A stretch of DNA of 64,000 nt, taken from a virus. The notes under the pieces were generated by a model that saw only the letters and a list, made by a program, of their open reading frames with translations, was not told the DNA's origin and did no database searches. The DNA lies in IMG/VR virus record IMGVR_UViG_3300042197_002762, positions 96,001 to 160,000 of that record. One strand, given 5' to 3'. Position numbers and translations under genes: made by a program. Positions 48,769 through 57,566 of the stretch are shown one piece after another. Each line of letters begins with the position of its first letter. The first letter of the stretch is position 1.

Positions 48769-50571
48769 ATGCACAAAAAAATAGGAGTTCAGTCTTGTTG
48801 GGGGTTTGGAAATTTTCTTTTCGTAACCTCTTTGGCTTTATCAAATATACGACAAAATAAAAGAAGTAATGAGTTATCAATAATAGAACACGGGAATTGT
48901 GGCTATGATTCTGAAAAAAAAAGAAATAGATTCGTGTCAGATTATTTTTTAAATTTATTTACTCCAAAATTAAATATTGAAGTTATTGAGAAAGAAGAAA
49001 ATTTTTATAAAGATGACCCTAGCAACTTCCTTTATAAAGGTTTTAATTTTCAATATAACCTAGACCAACATAAAGATTATATAATAGATTGCCTTCAGTT
49101 CTCAGAAAAATCAGAACAATTATGCGATGAATTTCTTAATAAAATTCATTATAAAGATGAAAATAAACAATACATATGTGTTAATATTAGAGACGGTGAT
49201 TTTAAATCATATTATAATAAAATAGATGAAACTTTAGATCCAAATATTTTTATTGAAATAATAGATGCATTAGATAAAGAATTACCAATTATTGTAAATA
49301 TCATTCCACAAGAAGAAAAAGAAAAATATAAAAAAATATTTGAAAAATATATTAACAGAATTTATTTTTGTAACATAGATTATCCTATGTTTTTACCAAT
49401 AATAGCGAAATCAGATTATTGTATTATTGCTAATTCTACTTTTTATTGGTGGGGAGCTTTTTTAAATAAAAAAGGTAAAATATTTTATCCAGATCCATGG
49501 TTTCGTGTTTTCAATCAAAAAATGTGGATTCCAAATGGGTGGGAAAAAATAGAAAATAGAATAAAAAGAAAAAATACCATAATTCATGTTGGTGCGCATC
49601 ATGGTAATGAAATTCCTAATTATAAAAAACTATTTGATAGAATAATAATGATAGAAGCAGATCCAAACAGTTTTTTAGTATTAAAAGAAAAATATCAAAA
49701 AGAAACTAATATAGAATTAATCAATATAGGAATCTCCGATAAAAAAGAAAATATACCTTTTTATAGAACATCTAACGAACAATCAAGCTCTTTTTTCAAA
49801 TTAAATGATCCACATATAAAACAATTTCCTTATGTTCAACAAACAGATACAATAAATATAGAGACCGATACTTTAGATTCGATAATTAAACTTGATGGTC
49901 GTAATAATGTATTAGTTATAGATGTTCAGGGGGCTGAACTAAAAGTTCTCAAAGGAGCTTTAGAAACATTAAAAAAAGTTAATGAGATACGGCTTGAGAT
50001 AAATTACGAAGAAACTTATAAAGGCGGCTGTTTAATGTACGAAATAGATGAATTTCTTTATAATAATGGATTTAAAAGAACAGTCGCCAATTTCGGGGGC
50101 TGCCAAGGTGAAGCAACTTATATTAAAAATAAAACAATATTTAAAAATATTGATATAAATACTGATTGGATAACAATTTTTGATTCTGATGATCCAAAAA
50201 ATTGGATGGAGAAGTCTTTACCCTTAATATTTTGGATAAAAAAACATTCAATAAAAACGGATAAATTAAAAATAGAAGCAGTGGGTGTCTCAGAAGAAAT
50301 TTCTATAGCATTAGAAGATTTAGGTAAAATAACGCCTGAATGGAATGGATATGGTTATTTTATTTGGAATGCTTTTCATTTGGGGGCAACAAATAAAATA
50401 CAAACAGAACAAGGTAAAATAATTATATCTGAAAAAGATGGGTCATACATCGGTGGTACAGGTTTTGGGAGAGTCCATTATGTTGGAGATAAACAAGGAT
50501 ATTCTGTAAATGGAACGAATATAGAAAAAACAAATTTTAAAATATCTCTACACAAAAAAATTGACTTCTAG
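48769..50571 (+). CDS. fusion: GT11 fucosyltransferase-like + FkbM methyltransferase + C-terminal domain
   Basis: GFGNFLF, NIRDGD, IANSTFYWWGAFL; then IHVGAHHG, IEADP, IDVQGAE. Confidence 0.8.
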   Translation: MHKKIGVQSCWGFGNFLFVTSLALSNIRQNKRSNELSIIEHGNCGYDSEKKRNRFVSDYFLNLFTPKLNIEVIEKEENFYKDDPSNFLYKGFNFQYNLDQHKDYIIDCLQFSEKSEQLCDEFLNKIHYKDENKQYICVNIRDGDFKSYYNKIDETLDPNIFIEIIDALDKELPIIVNIIPQEEKEKYKKIFEKYINRIYFCNIDYPMFLPIIAKSDYCIIANSTFYWWGAFLNKKGKIFYPDPWFRVFNQKMWIPNGWEKIENRIKRKNTIIHVGAHHGNEIPNYKKLFDRIIMIEADPNSFLVLKEKYQKETNIELINIGISDKKENIPFYRTSNEQSSSFFKLNDPHIKQFPYVQQTDTINIETDTLDSIIKLDGRNNVLVIDVQGAELKVLKGALETLKKVNEIRLEINYEETYKGGCLMYEIDEFLYNNGFKRTVANFGGCQGEATYIKNKTIFKNIDINTDWITIFDSDDPKNWMEKSLPLIFWIKKHSIKTDKLKIEAVGVSEEISIALEDLGKITPEWNGYGYFIWNAFHLGATNKIQTEQGKIIISEKDGSYIGGTGFGRVHYVGDKQGYSVNGTNIEKTNFKISLHKKIDF

Positions 50572-50597
50572 TGTAAATAATAATATTATTTTTTAAT

Positions 50598-50714
50598 ATG
50601 GAATGTCAAAATAATAATTCTTGCGGGGCTGGTAAAGGTGACAAACCCAGAAATTGTTTTTCGCAGAAATATCGTGATAATTATGACTCTATAAATTGGA
50701 ATAAAAAAAATGAA
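50598..50714 (+). CDS. small protein with GKGDKPR motif (38 aa)
   Basis: Manual ORF; GTGTAA at 50571. Confidence 0.55.
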
Positions 50715-50979
50715 AAAAATCAAACTAATACTGACGTTGCTCCTCCTCCAAAACGTGGGCTGTCAACATTTAGATAAAATACAAGTAAAAGGGGAAATTA
50801 CGGGAACTAGATACAGTAGCCAGCAATTTACTAGAGGTAAACATATTATTTCTGCAATTTATCCAATCACAGACAGGGTTAATATTAAAGGTAAAATGGC
50901 TCAACCTTATATAAGTAATCATTCAATGGATGTGGGTATGCCAGATTACGGAGAAACAGGATTAGAAATTTTATTTTAA
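50710..50979 (+). CDS. putative lipoprotein/secreted protein
   Basis: Basic N-terminus, hydrophobic stretch, VGC. Confidence 0.5.
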   Translation: MKKIKLILTLLLLQNVGCQHLDKIQVKGEITGTRYSSQQFTRGKHIISAIYPITDRVNIKGKMAQPYISNHSMDVGMPDYGETGLEILF

Positions 50980-50985
50980 AAAGTG

Positions 50986-51032
50986 TTGACAAACTTATAA
51001 AATAAGTGTATAAAAGTAATAGTTCTTTGAAA
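50986..51032 (+). promoter_or_regulatory. sigma70-type promoter plus boxA-like element
   Basis: TTGACA-17-TATAAA (50986-51014), AGTTCTTTGAAA (51021-51032). Confidence 0.65.
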
Positions 51033-51037
51033 ACAAT

Positions 51038-51376
51038 TTGTTAGCAAACCGCTCACTAAGAGCAGAGATGCTAACAATGGTGGTGTGGCGATGAACAACC
51101 AGTAAAATTGGGGTCGCCTTTGAATAAGGTATGCAACTCTACCTCCATATTTCCGTGCTTACATGCACGGAGACTTCTAGAAGCAATATGGTTCCACAGT
51201 GAATAAGCTGCCAGACATGCTGGTCAAAAAAGAAGAGCGCGGGTTCTGGGTAAACCGAAGGCTGTATGTGCCAAAACTCATGTATAAATGGTTTGGTGTT
51301 CTGCGGCTACTGAATGGGTAGCCAATGCCGTAAAAGGCGCAACTTTTACGGTCCAAAGTGCGATAAAAACACCAAG
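51038..51376 (+). ncRNA. large structured ncRNA of unknown family
   Basis: GC-enriched, no ORF in the track, many perfect helices, own promoter, co-transcribed with tRNA-Met. Confidence 0.75.
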
Positions 51377-51383
51377 TTTTAAT

Positions 51384-51456
51384 TGCAGGATCGACAAGAG
51401 GTTAAGTCAGTAGGCTCATAACCTACCATGCGTGAGTTCAAATCTCACTCCTGCTA
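51384..51456 (+). tRNA. tRNA-Met(CAU), initiator-like
   Basis: U1:U72 mismatch, A11-U24, A73, anticodon stem GTAGG/CCTAC. Confidence 0.85.
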
Positions 51457-51483
51457 TTATTTATCTTAAATCAATTATATATT

Positions 51484-52331
51484 ATGATTATATCAAAATT
51501 AATGGGGGGGCTAGGAAATCAAATGTTTCAATATGCTTTTGCAAGAAACTTATCTCTTAAATTTAACACGCCATTAAAAATAGATTTATTGCGATTAAAA
51601 AAAGAACGGAAGAAAGTTTTAATTCTAAAACAGGACCTAGAAGAGATTACGATTTAAATGTATTTAATGTTTATGAAGATTTTGAAATCAATCCTCAAAA
51701 ATTAATAACAATCTCTGAACCCCATTTTCATTATAATAAAGATTTAATTGATATTATTGAGAAACTTATTCGTAATGGTTACGATATTCTTTTAAGGGGG
51801 TATTGGCAAAGCCCCCACTACTTTAATGAAAATGAATCACAGATCAGACAAGATTTTAAATTTAAAAATAGTATTTTTAATGAAGAGGGTGATATAAGTA
51901 AATTATTAAATAATATAAATTCTAAAAATTCTGTAATGATCAACATACGAAGGACCGATTATTTACAAACATCTTTTTTTGGCGTTATGGGGTTAGATTA
52001 TCTAGAAAAAGCAAAAAAGATAATTGAATCAAAGATTTCAGATCCTCACTATTTTGTTTTTTCAGACGATATTTTTTGGTGCGAAAAAAATATTAAATTT
52101 CCAAATATGTTTTTAGTTGATCATTCTTATAAGGGGCGTAAATTTGAGTATTATTTGCAGTTAATGTCCCAATGCAAACATTTTATTATACCAAATAGTA
52201 CTTTTGCTTGGTGGGGCGCTTGGTTAAATAATGATAATAATAAACTAGTAATAGCTCCGTCCAAATGGTTCACGAATTGTGATATAAATACTAAAGATCT
52301 AATACCTTTTAAAAATTGGATTCGTATCTAA
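51484..52331 (+). pseudogene. alpha-1,2-fucosyltransferase (GT11) with a -1 frameshift near the A7 run at 51597-51603
   Basis: MGGLGNQMFQYA in frame 0 (stop 51657); GYWQS, NIRRTDY, NSTFAWWGAWL in the -1 frame. Confidence 0.85.
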
Positions 52332-52376
52332 TTAAATGTATTTGACTATTCATAAAAATTATAATAATATCAAAAC

Positions 52377-52637
52377 ATGAACAACACAATTGATATTCAT
52401 AGTCGTAATACCCCTACAATTCATCAAATGCGGCGCGCGGGTTGGAAAGTGCGCGTAATTCATGGTAAAATGGAAACCCCTCTTTCAGATCGTTTTACTC
52501 GTATTGAGTTGACAAGTCCAGAAGGCAAAGATTCAACTGGTACGGCCTATTGTAGTAAAGTGGATCAGTGGAATCGTAAATTGGGTAATCGCATCGCACT
52601 TGGTCGTGCACTTAAAAATTATTCTACTGTAAATTAA
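52377..52637 (+). CDS. hypothetical protein
   Basis: C...DQWNRKLG.RIALGRA motif; promoter TTGACT-17-TAATAT at 52342-52370. Confidence 0.65.
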   Translation: MNNTIDIHSRNTPTIHQMRRAGWKVRVIHGKMETPLSDRFTRIELTSPEGKDSTGTAYCSKVDQWNRKLGNRIALGRALKNYSTVN

Positions 52638-52642
52638 TGTAT

Positions 52643-52713
52643 TGCCCTCTGGTGAAACGGTATCACGGGACCCTTTGGAGGTCTTTTTCTACGTTCGAAT
52701 CGTAGGGGGGCAG
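52643..52713 (+). tRNA. tRNA-Gln(UUG)
   Basis: U1-A72, GGACC-CTTTGGA-GGTCT, G73. Confidence 0.92.
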
Positions 52714-52756
52714 CTTTTAGGTTGACTCGTCTTTAAAATGATCATATCATAACTCT

Positions 52757-52978
52757 ATGAAAACAAATACAGACAAAGATGGTATTTTCTTTATGTTTAT
52801 TTACTGCCTTGGCTTTTTAATTATGCTATTAGCAATCGTTTCATTAAAAGACGATGTTCGTAATTTAAAAACAGAAACAGACGAATTGCGCCTACTTTTT
52901 AATCAAAAGTTTTTGCAAGAAATGACTGTAAGTAGACCAGAAATCAGAGATCTAACTTATAGAAGATTTGAATTTTAA
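52757..52978 (+). CDS. small single-TM protein
   Basis: Promoter TTGACT-17-TATCAT at 52722-52750. Confidence 0.6.
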   Translation: MKTNTDKDGIFFMFIYCLGFLIMLLAIVSLKDDVRNLKTETDELRLLFNQKFLQEMTVSRPEIRDLTYRRFEF

Positions 52979-52981
52979 AAA

Positions 52982-53053
52982 ACTCCTATAGTTCAATGGT
53001 TAGAACGGCCTGTTTATAACGGGCGAATCTTGGTTCAACTCCAAGTGGGAGTA
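52982..53053 (+). tRNA. tRNA-Ile(UAU)
   Basis: ACTCCTA/TGGGAGT, GCCTG-TTTATAA-CGGGC. Confidence 0.88.
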
Positions 53054-53071
53054 TAGTTTGTGTAATAATAT

Positions 53072-53251
53072 ATGATGAATATAAAAGATACTTCCATATA
53101 TAAAGAATTTTTGGCGCAAAAAGAAGAAGTGATGAAACATAAATGGTACGAAAGTGAACGTGCTGGACGTGATGTAGGTTTTGCTTACGCTATAATAGAT
53201 TGGACAATTAAATTTAAAAATAAATGGATTAAAGAAAGAAAAAAAAAATAA
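53072..53251 (+). CDS. DUF4032-like small protein
   Basis: Manual ORF ...SIYKEFLAQKEEVMKHKWYESERAGRDVGFAYAIIDW...; GTGTAA at 53060. Confidence 0.7.
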   Translation: MMNIKDTSIYKEFLAQKEEVMKHKWYESERAGRDVGFAYAIIDWTIKFKNKWIKERKKK

Positions 53252-53252
53252 T

Positions 53253-53325
53253 GTTGCTTGTGGTGTAACGGTAAGCATTACAGATTGTGATTTTGTCGGT
53301 GAGGGTTCGATCCCCTTCAAGCAAC
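53253..53325 (+). tRNA. tRNA-His(GUG)
   Basis: G-1:C73, anticodon GTG, GGGTTCGATCCCC. Confidence 0.9.
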
Positions 53326-53376
53326 CCTCAAAAAATTATTTGACATTTAATTCAATCTTCACTATAATAATAGACT

Positions 53377-53481
53377 ATGAAATATATTATTCTATCAATC
53401 CTTGTTGTTGCATTGACGGCATGTGCTTCTAAAAAGTCTTGCCAGCCTTGCGGAAAAGCAACTGTTTGCGCTGTTAAATAA
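53377..53481 (+). CDS. small Cys-rich lipoprotein (34 aa)
   Basis: MKYIILSILVVALTAC lipobox; promoter TTGACA-17-TATAAT at 53340-53368. Confidence 0.7.
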   Translation: MKYIILSILVVALTACASKKSCQPCGKATVCAVK

Positions 53482-53506
53482 ATTAATTTAAAAGCGTAAA
53501 CAAGAG

Positions 53507-53537
53507 TAGCAGGCTAGAAATAGTCTGCTATTTTTTT
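53507..53537 (+). terminator. Rho-independent terminator
   Basis: TAGCAGGCTA-GAAA-TAGTCTGCTA followed by T7. Confidence 0.85.
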
Positions 53538-53538
53538 A

Positions 53539-53609
53539 GCGGGATTAGTTTAGTGGTAAAACCGGACTCTTCCAAAGTCAAGATGCCAGTTCGATTCTGG
53601 CATCCCGCA
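53539..53609 (+). tRNA. tRNA-Gly(UCC)
   Basis: GCGGGAT/ATCCCGC, anticodon TCC, A73. Confidence 0.9.
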
Positions 53610-53613
53610 TTTT

Positions 53614-54861
53614 CTAGAGTTGGCTTGTAAACTTAGATATTATTCCAGTTACACCGCTAAAAGAAGCAACAAATGGTGGTAAGTTTTTCCAATTAGAATT
53701 GTCTACTATCCCAACAATATTAGCGTCTTTTGAAGAGGCGATTTTTAAACTATTAATCGAAGAACGTGTATTTTCATCAAAAACTGGAACTCTGCCAGTT
53801 AATTGAGAAGGAACGTTTTGTAATAATTCCCATGGTTGATCATTATATTTGCCATAGACTAACTTTGGTTTTGAGACATCTAGAAGATCATCTTTAACGC
53901 CTACCGCAAATTTAATTATGTTTCCATTTATTTCTGATATACTAACGCTTCTCCAGTATTGCAAATCACCTTCTGTGCTCCATGTAACACCAGAATCATT
54001 ACTGGACCAAATATAACCCAGGTCATTTCTTACAGCAATCATATTTTTTCCGTCTTTGGAAATTCCTAAATCTCTCCAGTTTCCAGTAACTGAAGAAGAA
54101 TTTATTATACCTGAAAACCAAGAATTACCAGAGTTATGGCTAACAATAATTGGGCCATTTTCTGCTGCGATGGCTTGAATTTTAAAATCACTGGAGACAT
54201 CTACCAACTCCCAACTACCAGTGGGAACTCCAGAATTTATTGACCAACTAACTCCAGAGTTACTACTAATTCTAGCTCTGACATTATTTGAACTGGTAGC
54301 GCCATCACTTAATACTATAATTTGGAATTTACCATCTGAAGACATTGCGACATCTCCAAGATAAGCACCATGCCAGAAATCCGAGAAAGTAACACCGGAA
54401 TTTGCACTTCTTTGGGAATAAAGGCCAGGAAATTTTTGTATTATAGTCATACATTTTAAATCATCTGAGACGGCAATTCTTTTATTGAGAGAATTGCTAC
54501 CACCATCTGGAGCATTTGGGCTGATACTTAACCAAACCCCCGTACCAAAGTCAGTATTATAAAAAAATCGTTGGCTAGCGAAAGGATAAACAACATGATT
54601 TTTACCACTACCAACTATTTTATAATCATAAAAATAACCAGTAATAAGTTGAGAGCTAAAACCAGAAGCCGTACCAGAAACAAAATTATTAAAAGAAATA
54701 TCTATAGATGATTCTGTCACTGTATTATAAAAACTATTAGTTTTAACAGCAGAACCCGAAATCAATTCGATATTATTATTTACATTTTCTAAATCTTCAG
54801 AAATTAATCTTCCGACAGGAAGTCCTAAGCGTTTATAAATTTGTGGTGATAAATTACTCAT
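53614..54861 (-). CDS. beta-propeller (BNR/Asp-box repeat) protein, putative virion/tail
   Basis: Repeats SSDGKFQ, SSNSGVSW, SSNDSGVTW; GTGTAA at 54870-54875. Confidence 0.65.
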   Translation of the reverse strand: MSNLSPQIYKRLGLPVGRLISEDLENVNNNIELISGSAVKTNSFYNTVTESSIDISFNNFVSGTASGFSSQLITGYFYDYKIVGSGKNHVVYPFASQRFFYNTDFGTGVWLSISPNAPDGGSNSLNKRIAVSDDLKCMTIIQKFPGLYSQRSANSGVTFSDFWHGAYLGDVAMSSDGKFQIIVLSDGATSSNNVRARISSNSGVSWSINSGVPTGSWELVDVSSDFKIQAIAAENGPIIVSHNSGNSWFSGIINSSSVTGNWRDLGISKDGKNMIAVRNDLGYIWSSNDSGVTWSTEGDLQYWRSVSISEINGNIIKFAVGVKDDLLDVSKPKLVYGKYNDQPWELLQNVPSQLTGRVPVFDENTRSSINSLKIASSKDANIVGIVDNSNWKNLPPFVASFSGVTGIISKFTSQL

Positions 54862-54925
54862 ATTAAATATTACACATAAATAGTTGATTAATATATAAAA
54901 ATATAATTATTGTGTAATTATATAA

Positions 54926-56077
54926 ATGATTAATACATATCAAGAAGGGGATGAAAAATTTCCCACATTATTTGGATTTAAAACAGATAATAAATTCGCA
55001 GCAAGCGCTTTAAATACAGTTTATGGTATTGTAATGACTGTATCTATTGCTTTTGCCTATTACGCATTAAGCTTAATTTTAGTTGGGTGGCCGATGATAA
55101 TGACCTTTTTAGCAGCCTTGGCTGTAGTAGGCTTACCTTATTGCATTAAAATTATTTTATATGGCCGCAAAGAGTTTACTTTAAAGATGGCATACTTATG
55201 TATTGCTATTAGTATCCTTCCTACAATATTTGATTTTATTGGTTTTTATGCCAAAACCAGCGTTAGACAATCACTTGTAGAAACAAAGTTCGAAGTTCTT
55301 GAAAAAATCAATTATTTTGACAAAGAAGCTAGAGATAGTATTACTAAAAATATAATTCAACTAGACCAAAATTTTAATGCCCAATTAGTAGAAACTGACA
55401 AAAAGTTTAACGAACAAAAAGCCGAATTAAGTAAACAAGTATTAGATGCGGAACAAACTTATATAGATGAAACACAAGGAGTTCAAGGCAGATCTACAAG
55501 TGGTCGCATTGGTGTTGGACCAAAAGCTAAAGAGCTTGAAGCAGAATGGCGTAGGAAACAAGCAGAAAAAAATTTAGCGGTAGAAACGCTAGACTCTAAT
55601 AAAAAGCGCGAGATAGATCGCATTACAAAAGATTATGAGACGGAAAAAAAATCTCTTGAACAAGGTATTACGGTTATTGATGAGTTGACCAAAACAGGAA
55701 AAGACTCTGGTATTGTTATTGAAGTGACTAAAGCAGAAACTTTTGACCAATTAGCGGAAACTCTAATTCGTTTAAATAGTTCTATTAATGTAATAAGTTC
55801 TAAATTAAAATTAGAACCAGAGTATATTAAATTTTCTACTGAGAATATTATTCAATTATCTTTCGGCGCACTAATGCGTTGGGAAATTACTGCTGTAATT
55901 TGTTTTGCGCTCGCGGTTCTTTTAGAAATTGTTGATACAATTATTGTATATATGATACGTGGCGTAAAACGTAAAAATGAAGAAGAAAAGATACAAGAAG
56001 AAAACGTTACTCAACAAGAAGTTCCACATGTAGATATTCATCTTGACAATAAGAAAAAAATTGTTAATGTAAGATAA
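54926..56077 (+). CDS. multi-TM coiled-coil protein (DUF4407-like)
   Basis: Three N-terminal TMs, long coiled coil with G..G.GPKA, C-terminal TM. Confidence 0.55.
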   Translation: MINTYQEGDEKFPTLFGFKTDNKFAASALNTVYGIVMTVSIAFAYYALSLILVGWPMIMTFLAALAVVGLPYCIKIILYGRKEFTLKMAYLCIAISILPTIFDFIGFYAKTSVRQSLVETKFEVLEKINYFDKEARDSITKNIIQLDQNFNAQLVETDKKFNEQKAELSKQVLDAEQTYIDETQGVQGRSTSGRIGVGPKAKELEAEWRRKQAEKNLAVETLDSNKKREIDRITKDYETEKKSLEQGITVIDELTKTGKDSGIVIEVTKAETFDQLAETLIRLNSSINVISSKLKLEPEYIKFSTENIIQLSFGALMRWEITAVICFALAVLLEIVDTIIVYMIRGVKRKNEEEKIQEENVTQQEVPHVDIHLDNKKKIVNVR

Positions 56078-56080
56078 GTT

Positions 56081-56371
56081 ATGTATAATATTCGTATGGA
56101 ATATGGTATCGTTAAAACAGTTGCTCCAGATCAACAATTAATTAATTTAATTGAGTCAATGGGTAGATGCGTTAGAGAAACAGAGTGTCATTTTAAATAT
56201 AGTCGATGGAATCGTTTAGTTGAAATTTATTACTATTTGAGATATGGTCTTCTGGGAATGGCTTGGATTAAAATAAATGATTTGCGCGATGATTTGCGTT
56301 GGAGAATTCCCAGTGATGTTTATCATACTCTCAAAGATATCTGCAAAGATATGGACGTTAAGATTGCCTAA
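56081..56371 (+). CDS. hypothetical protein
   Basis: 96-aa ORF whose stop abuts tRNA-Asn. Confidence 0.55.
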   Translation: MYNIRMEYGIVKTVAPDQQLINLIESMGRCVRETECHFKYSRWNRLVEIYYYLRYGLLGMAWIKINDLRDDLRWRIPSDVYHTLKDICKDMDVKIA

Positions 56372-56443
56372 TGATGCGTAGCTCAATGGTAGAGCTAGCG
56401 GCTGTTAACCGCTCGGTTGTAGGTTCGAATCCTACCGCATCAG
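56372..56443 (+). tRNA. tRNA-Asn(GUU)
   Basis: TGATGCG/CGCATCA, AGCGG-CTGTTAA-CCGCT. Confidence 0.92.
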
Positions 56444-56459
56444 TTTTTTAAAAAAATAT

Positions 56460-56488
56460 TTGACAAAGTAATCAAAGTATTATATGAT
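56460..56488 (+). promoter_or_regulatory. sigma70-type promoter of the RuvC/Tas-like gene
   Basis: TTGACA-17-TATGAT; AGGA before ATG 56517. Confidence 0.7.
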
Positions 56489-56516
56489 GTATTTATCCTA
56501 TTTAATTAGGATAACT

Positions 56517-57560
56517 ATGAACGATAATAATAAAAATGAAGGTAAGCTCTATTCAGAGCCAACAACCGTAACAATTGATTGCGGTCAAAATGGTGCCACT
56601 ATTTATAGTGGCAATGAACAACGCAGGGCAGTTAAAATCTCTTTTGAAGATTTGTTTAATTTGCCGAATACCCTTCCAAAGGGTTCCTCGATCTGGGGCG
56701 AAAGAGCCCATTTCGGAGTTCCACGGGAAGAGGATTCTAAAGCGCAATATTTTACATCAGAACAATTATTGAAATTCTATTCTGATTGTAAAGAAAAAGG
56801 TATCGACCTCCGTTTTTATTCGGAGCGTTTGATTCCCAAAATGCTGACATATGCTGGTTTCGAGCAAGATGAAAAATCAGATTTCATTGATCCAGTCGCG
56901 GCTTATGAATATATCATGGCTCGACCAAATGTTCGAGGCACTTTGATGAAGCCTCCGAAATCATTTGATCCTGATCCACTTCGTGATGAAGGTCATGCGT
57001 TTCGTGAAACGACAAATAAGCATTTGAACGTTGCGCGTTTCAATAATTATGAAAATCCTAACGCAAAATGGATTAAAGATAATATAGACGAAATTGCAAA
57101 ACAATTGTCTTGTACAGCCAAATCAGCTTTTGGTCTTGATGAAAAATCTCATTTCAAGATAAAAGCTAAACAAGGGCAAATCAATCTTAATAAGGTTAAG
57201 CTCCCACAGATGTATTCTGTACTGGCAACTCTTAAAGATTTAAGGGGTAACCTAAGATTGCGTGACAATCCTAAAATGTATAACAAAGAACTTCCAGGAT
57301 GGAAGTTTATTAAAAAATATGTTATTCCAATGAGTCCATTCCATTTTCGTGGAGGAGTTGCTCGTAGCAACTTGTATCATCATGGGATGAAAAATTGGAT
57401 CAACATGAAAATCAAAGAAACACATAGTTACGATATCAAAAAGAAAGATCGTGGTAACTTCTCGCAAGAAGAAGACTATATTTTCAATAAATATCGTACA
57501 CAGTATTGTAATTCAATTCATGAATTATTCCATGTGTTTAAAGACATGATTCAAAAATAA
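56517..57560 (+). CDS. IS110/TasR-like protein: DEDD RuvC-fold N-domain + putative Nop-like RNA-binding C-domain
   Basis: TIDCG (D), IWGERAH (E), KSDFIDP (D,D; cf. IS110 KTD..DA); helical linker; GWKFIKKY...GGVARSNL; structured array directly downstream. Confidence 0.6.
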   Translation: MNDNNKNEGKLYSEPTTVTIDCGQNGATIYSGNEQRRAVKISFEDLFNLPNTLPKGSSIWGERAHFGVPREEDSKAQYFTSEQLLKFYSDCKEKGIDLRFYSERLIPKMLTYAGFEQDEKSDFIDPVAAYEYIMARPNVRGTLMKPPKSFDPDPLRDEGHAFRETTNKHLNVARFNNYENPNAKWIKDNIDEIAKQLSCTAKSAFGLDEKSHFKIKAKQGQINLNKVKLPQMYSVLATLKDLRGNLRLRDNPKMYNKELPGWKFIKKYVIPMSPFHFRGGVARSNLYHHGMKNWINMKIKETHSYDIKKKDRGNFSQEEDYIFNKYRTQYCNSIHELFHVFKDMIQK

Positions 57561-57566
57561 TAAATC

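Noticed and set aside
51038-51376. RNase P RNA or group I intron
   Set aside because: Lacks GAGGAAAGUCC/P4 motifs and the group I P7 and J8/7 signatures.
51936-52331. Stand-alone 131-aa gene
   Set aside because: It is the C-terminal part of the frameshifted GT11 gene starting at 51484.
53000-53320. 106-aa minus-strand ORF
   Set aside because: Antisense to tRNA-Ile, the DUF4032-like gene and tRNA-His.
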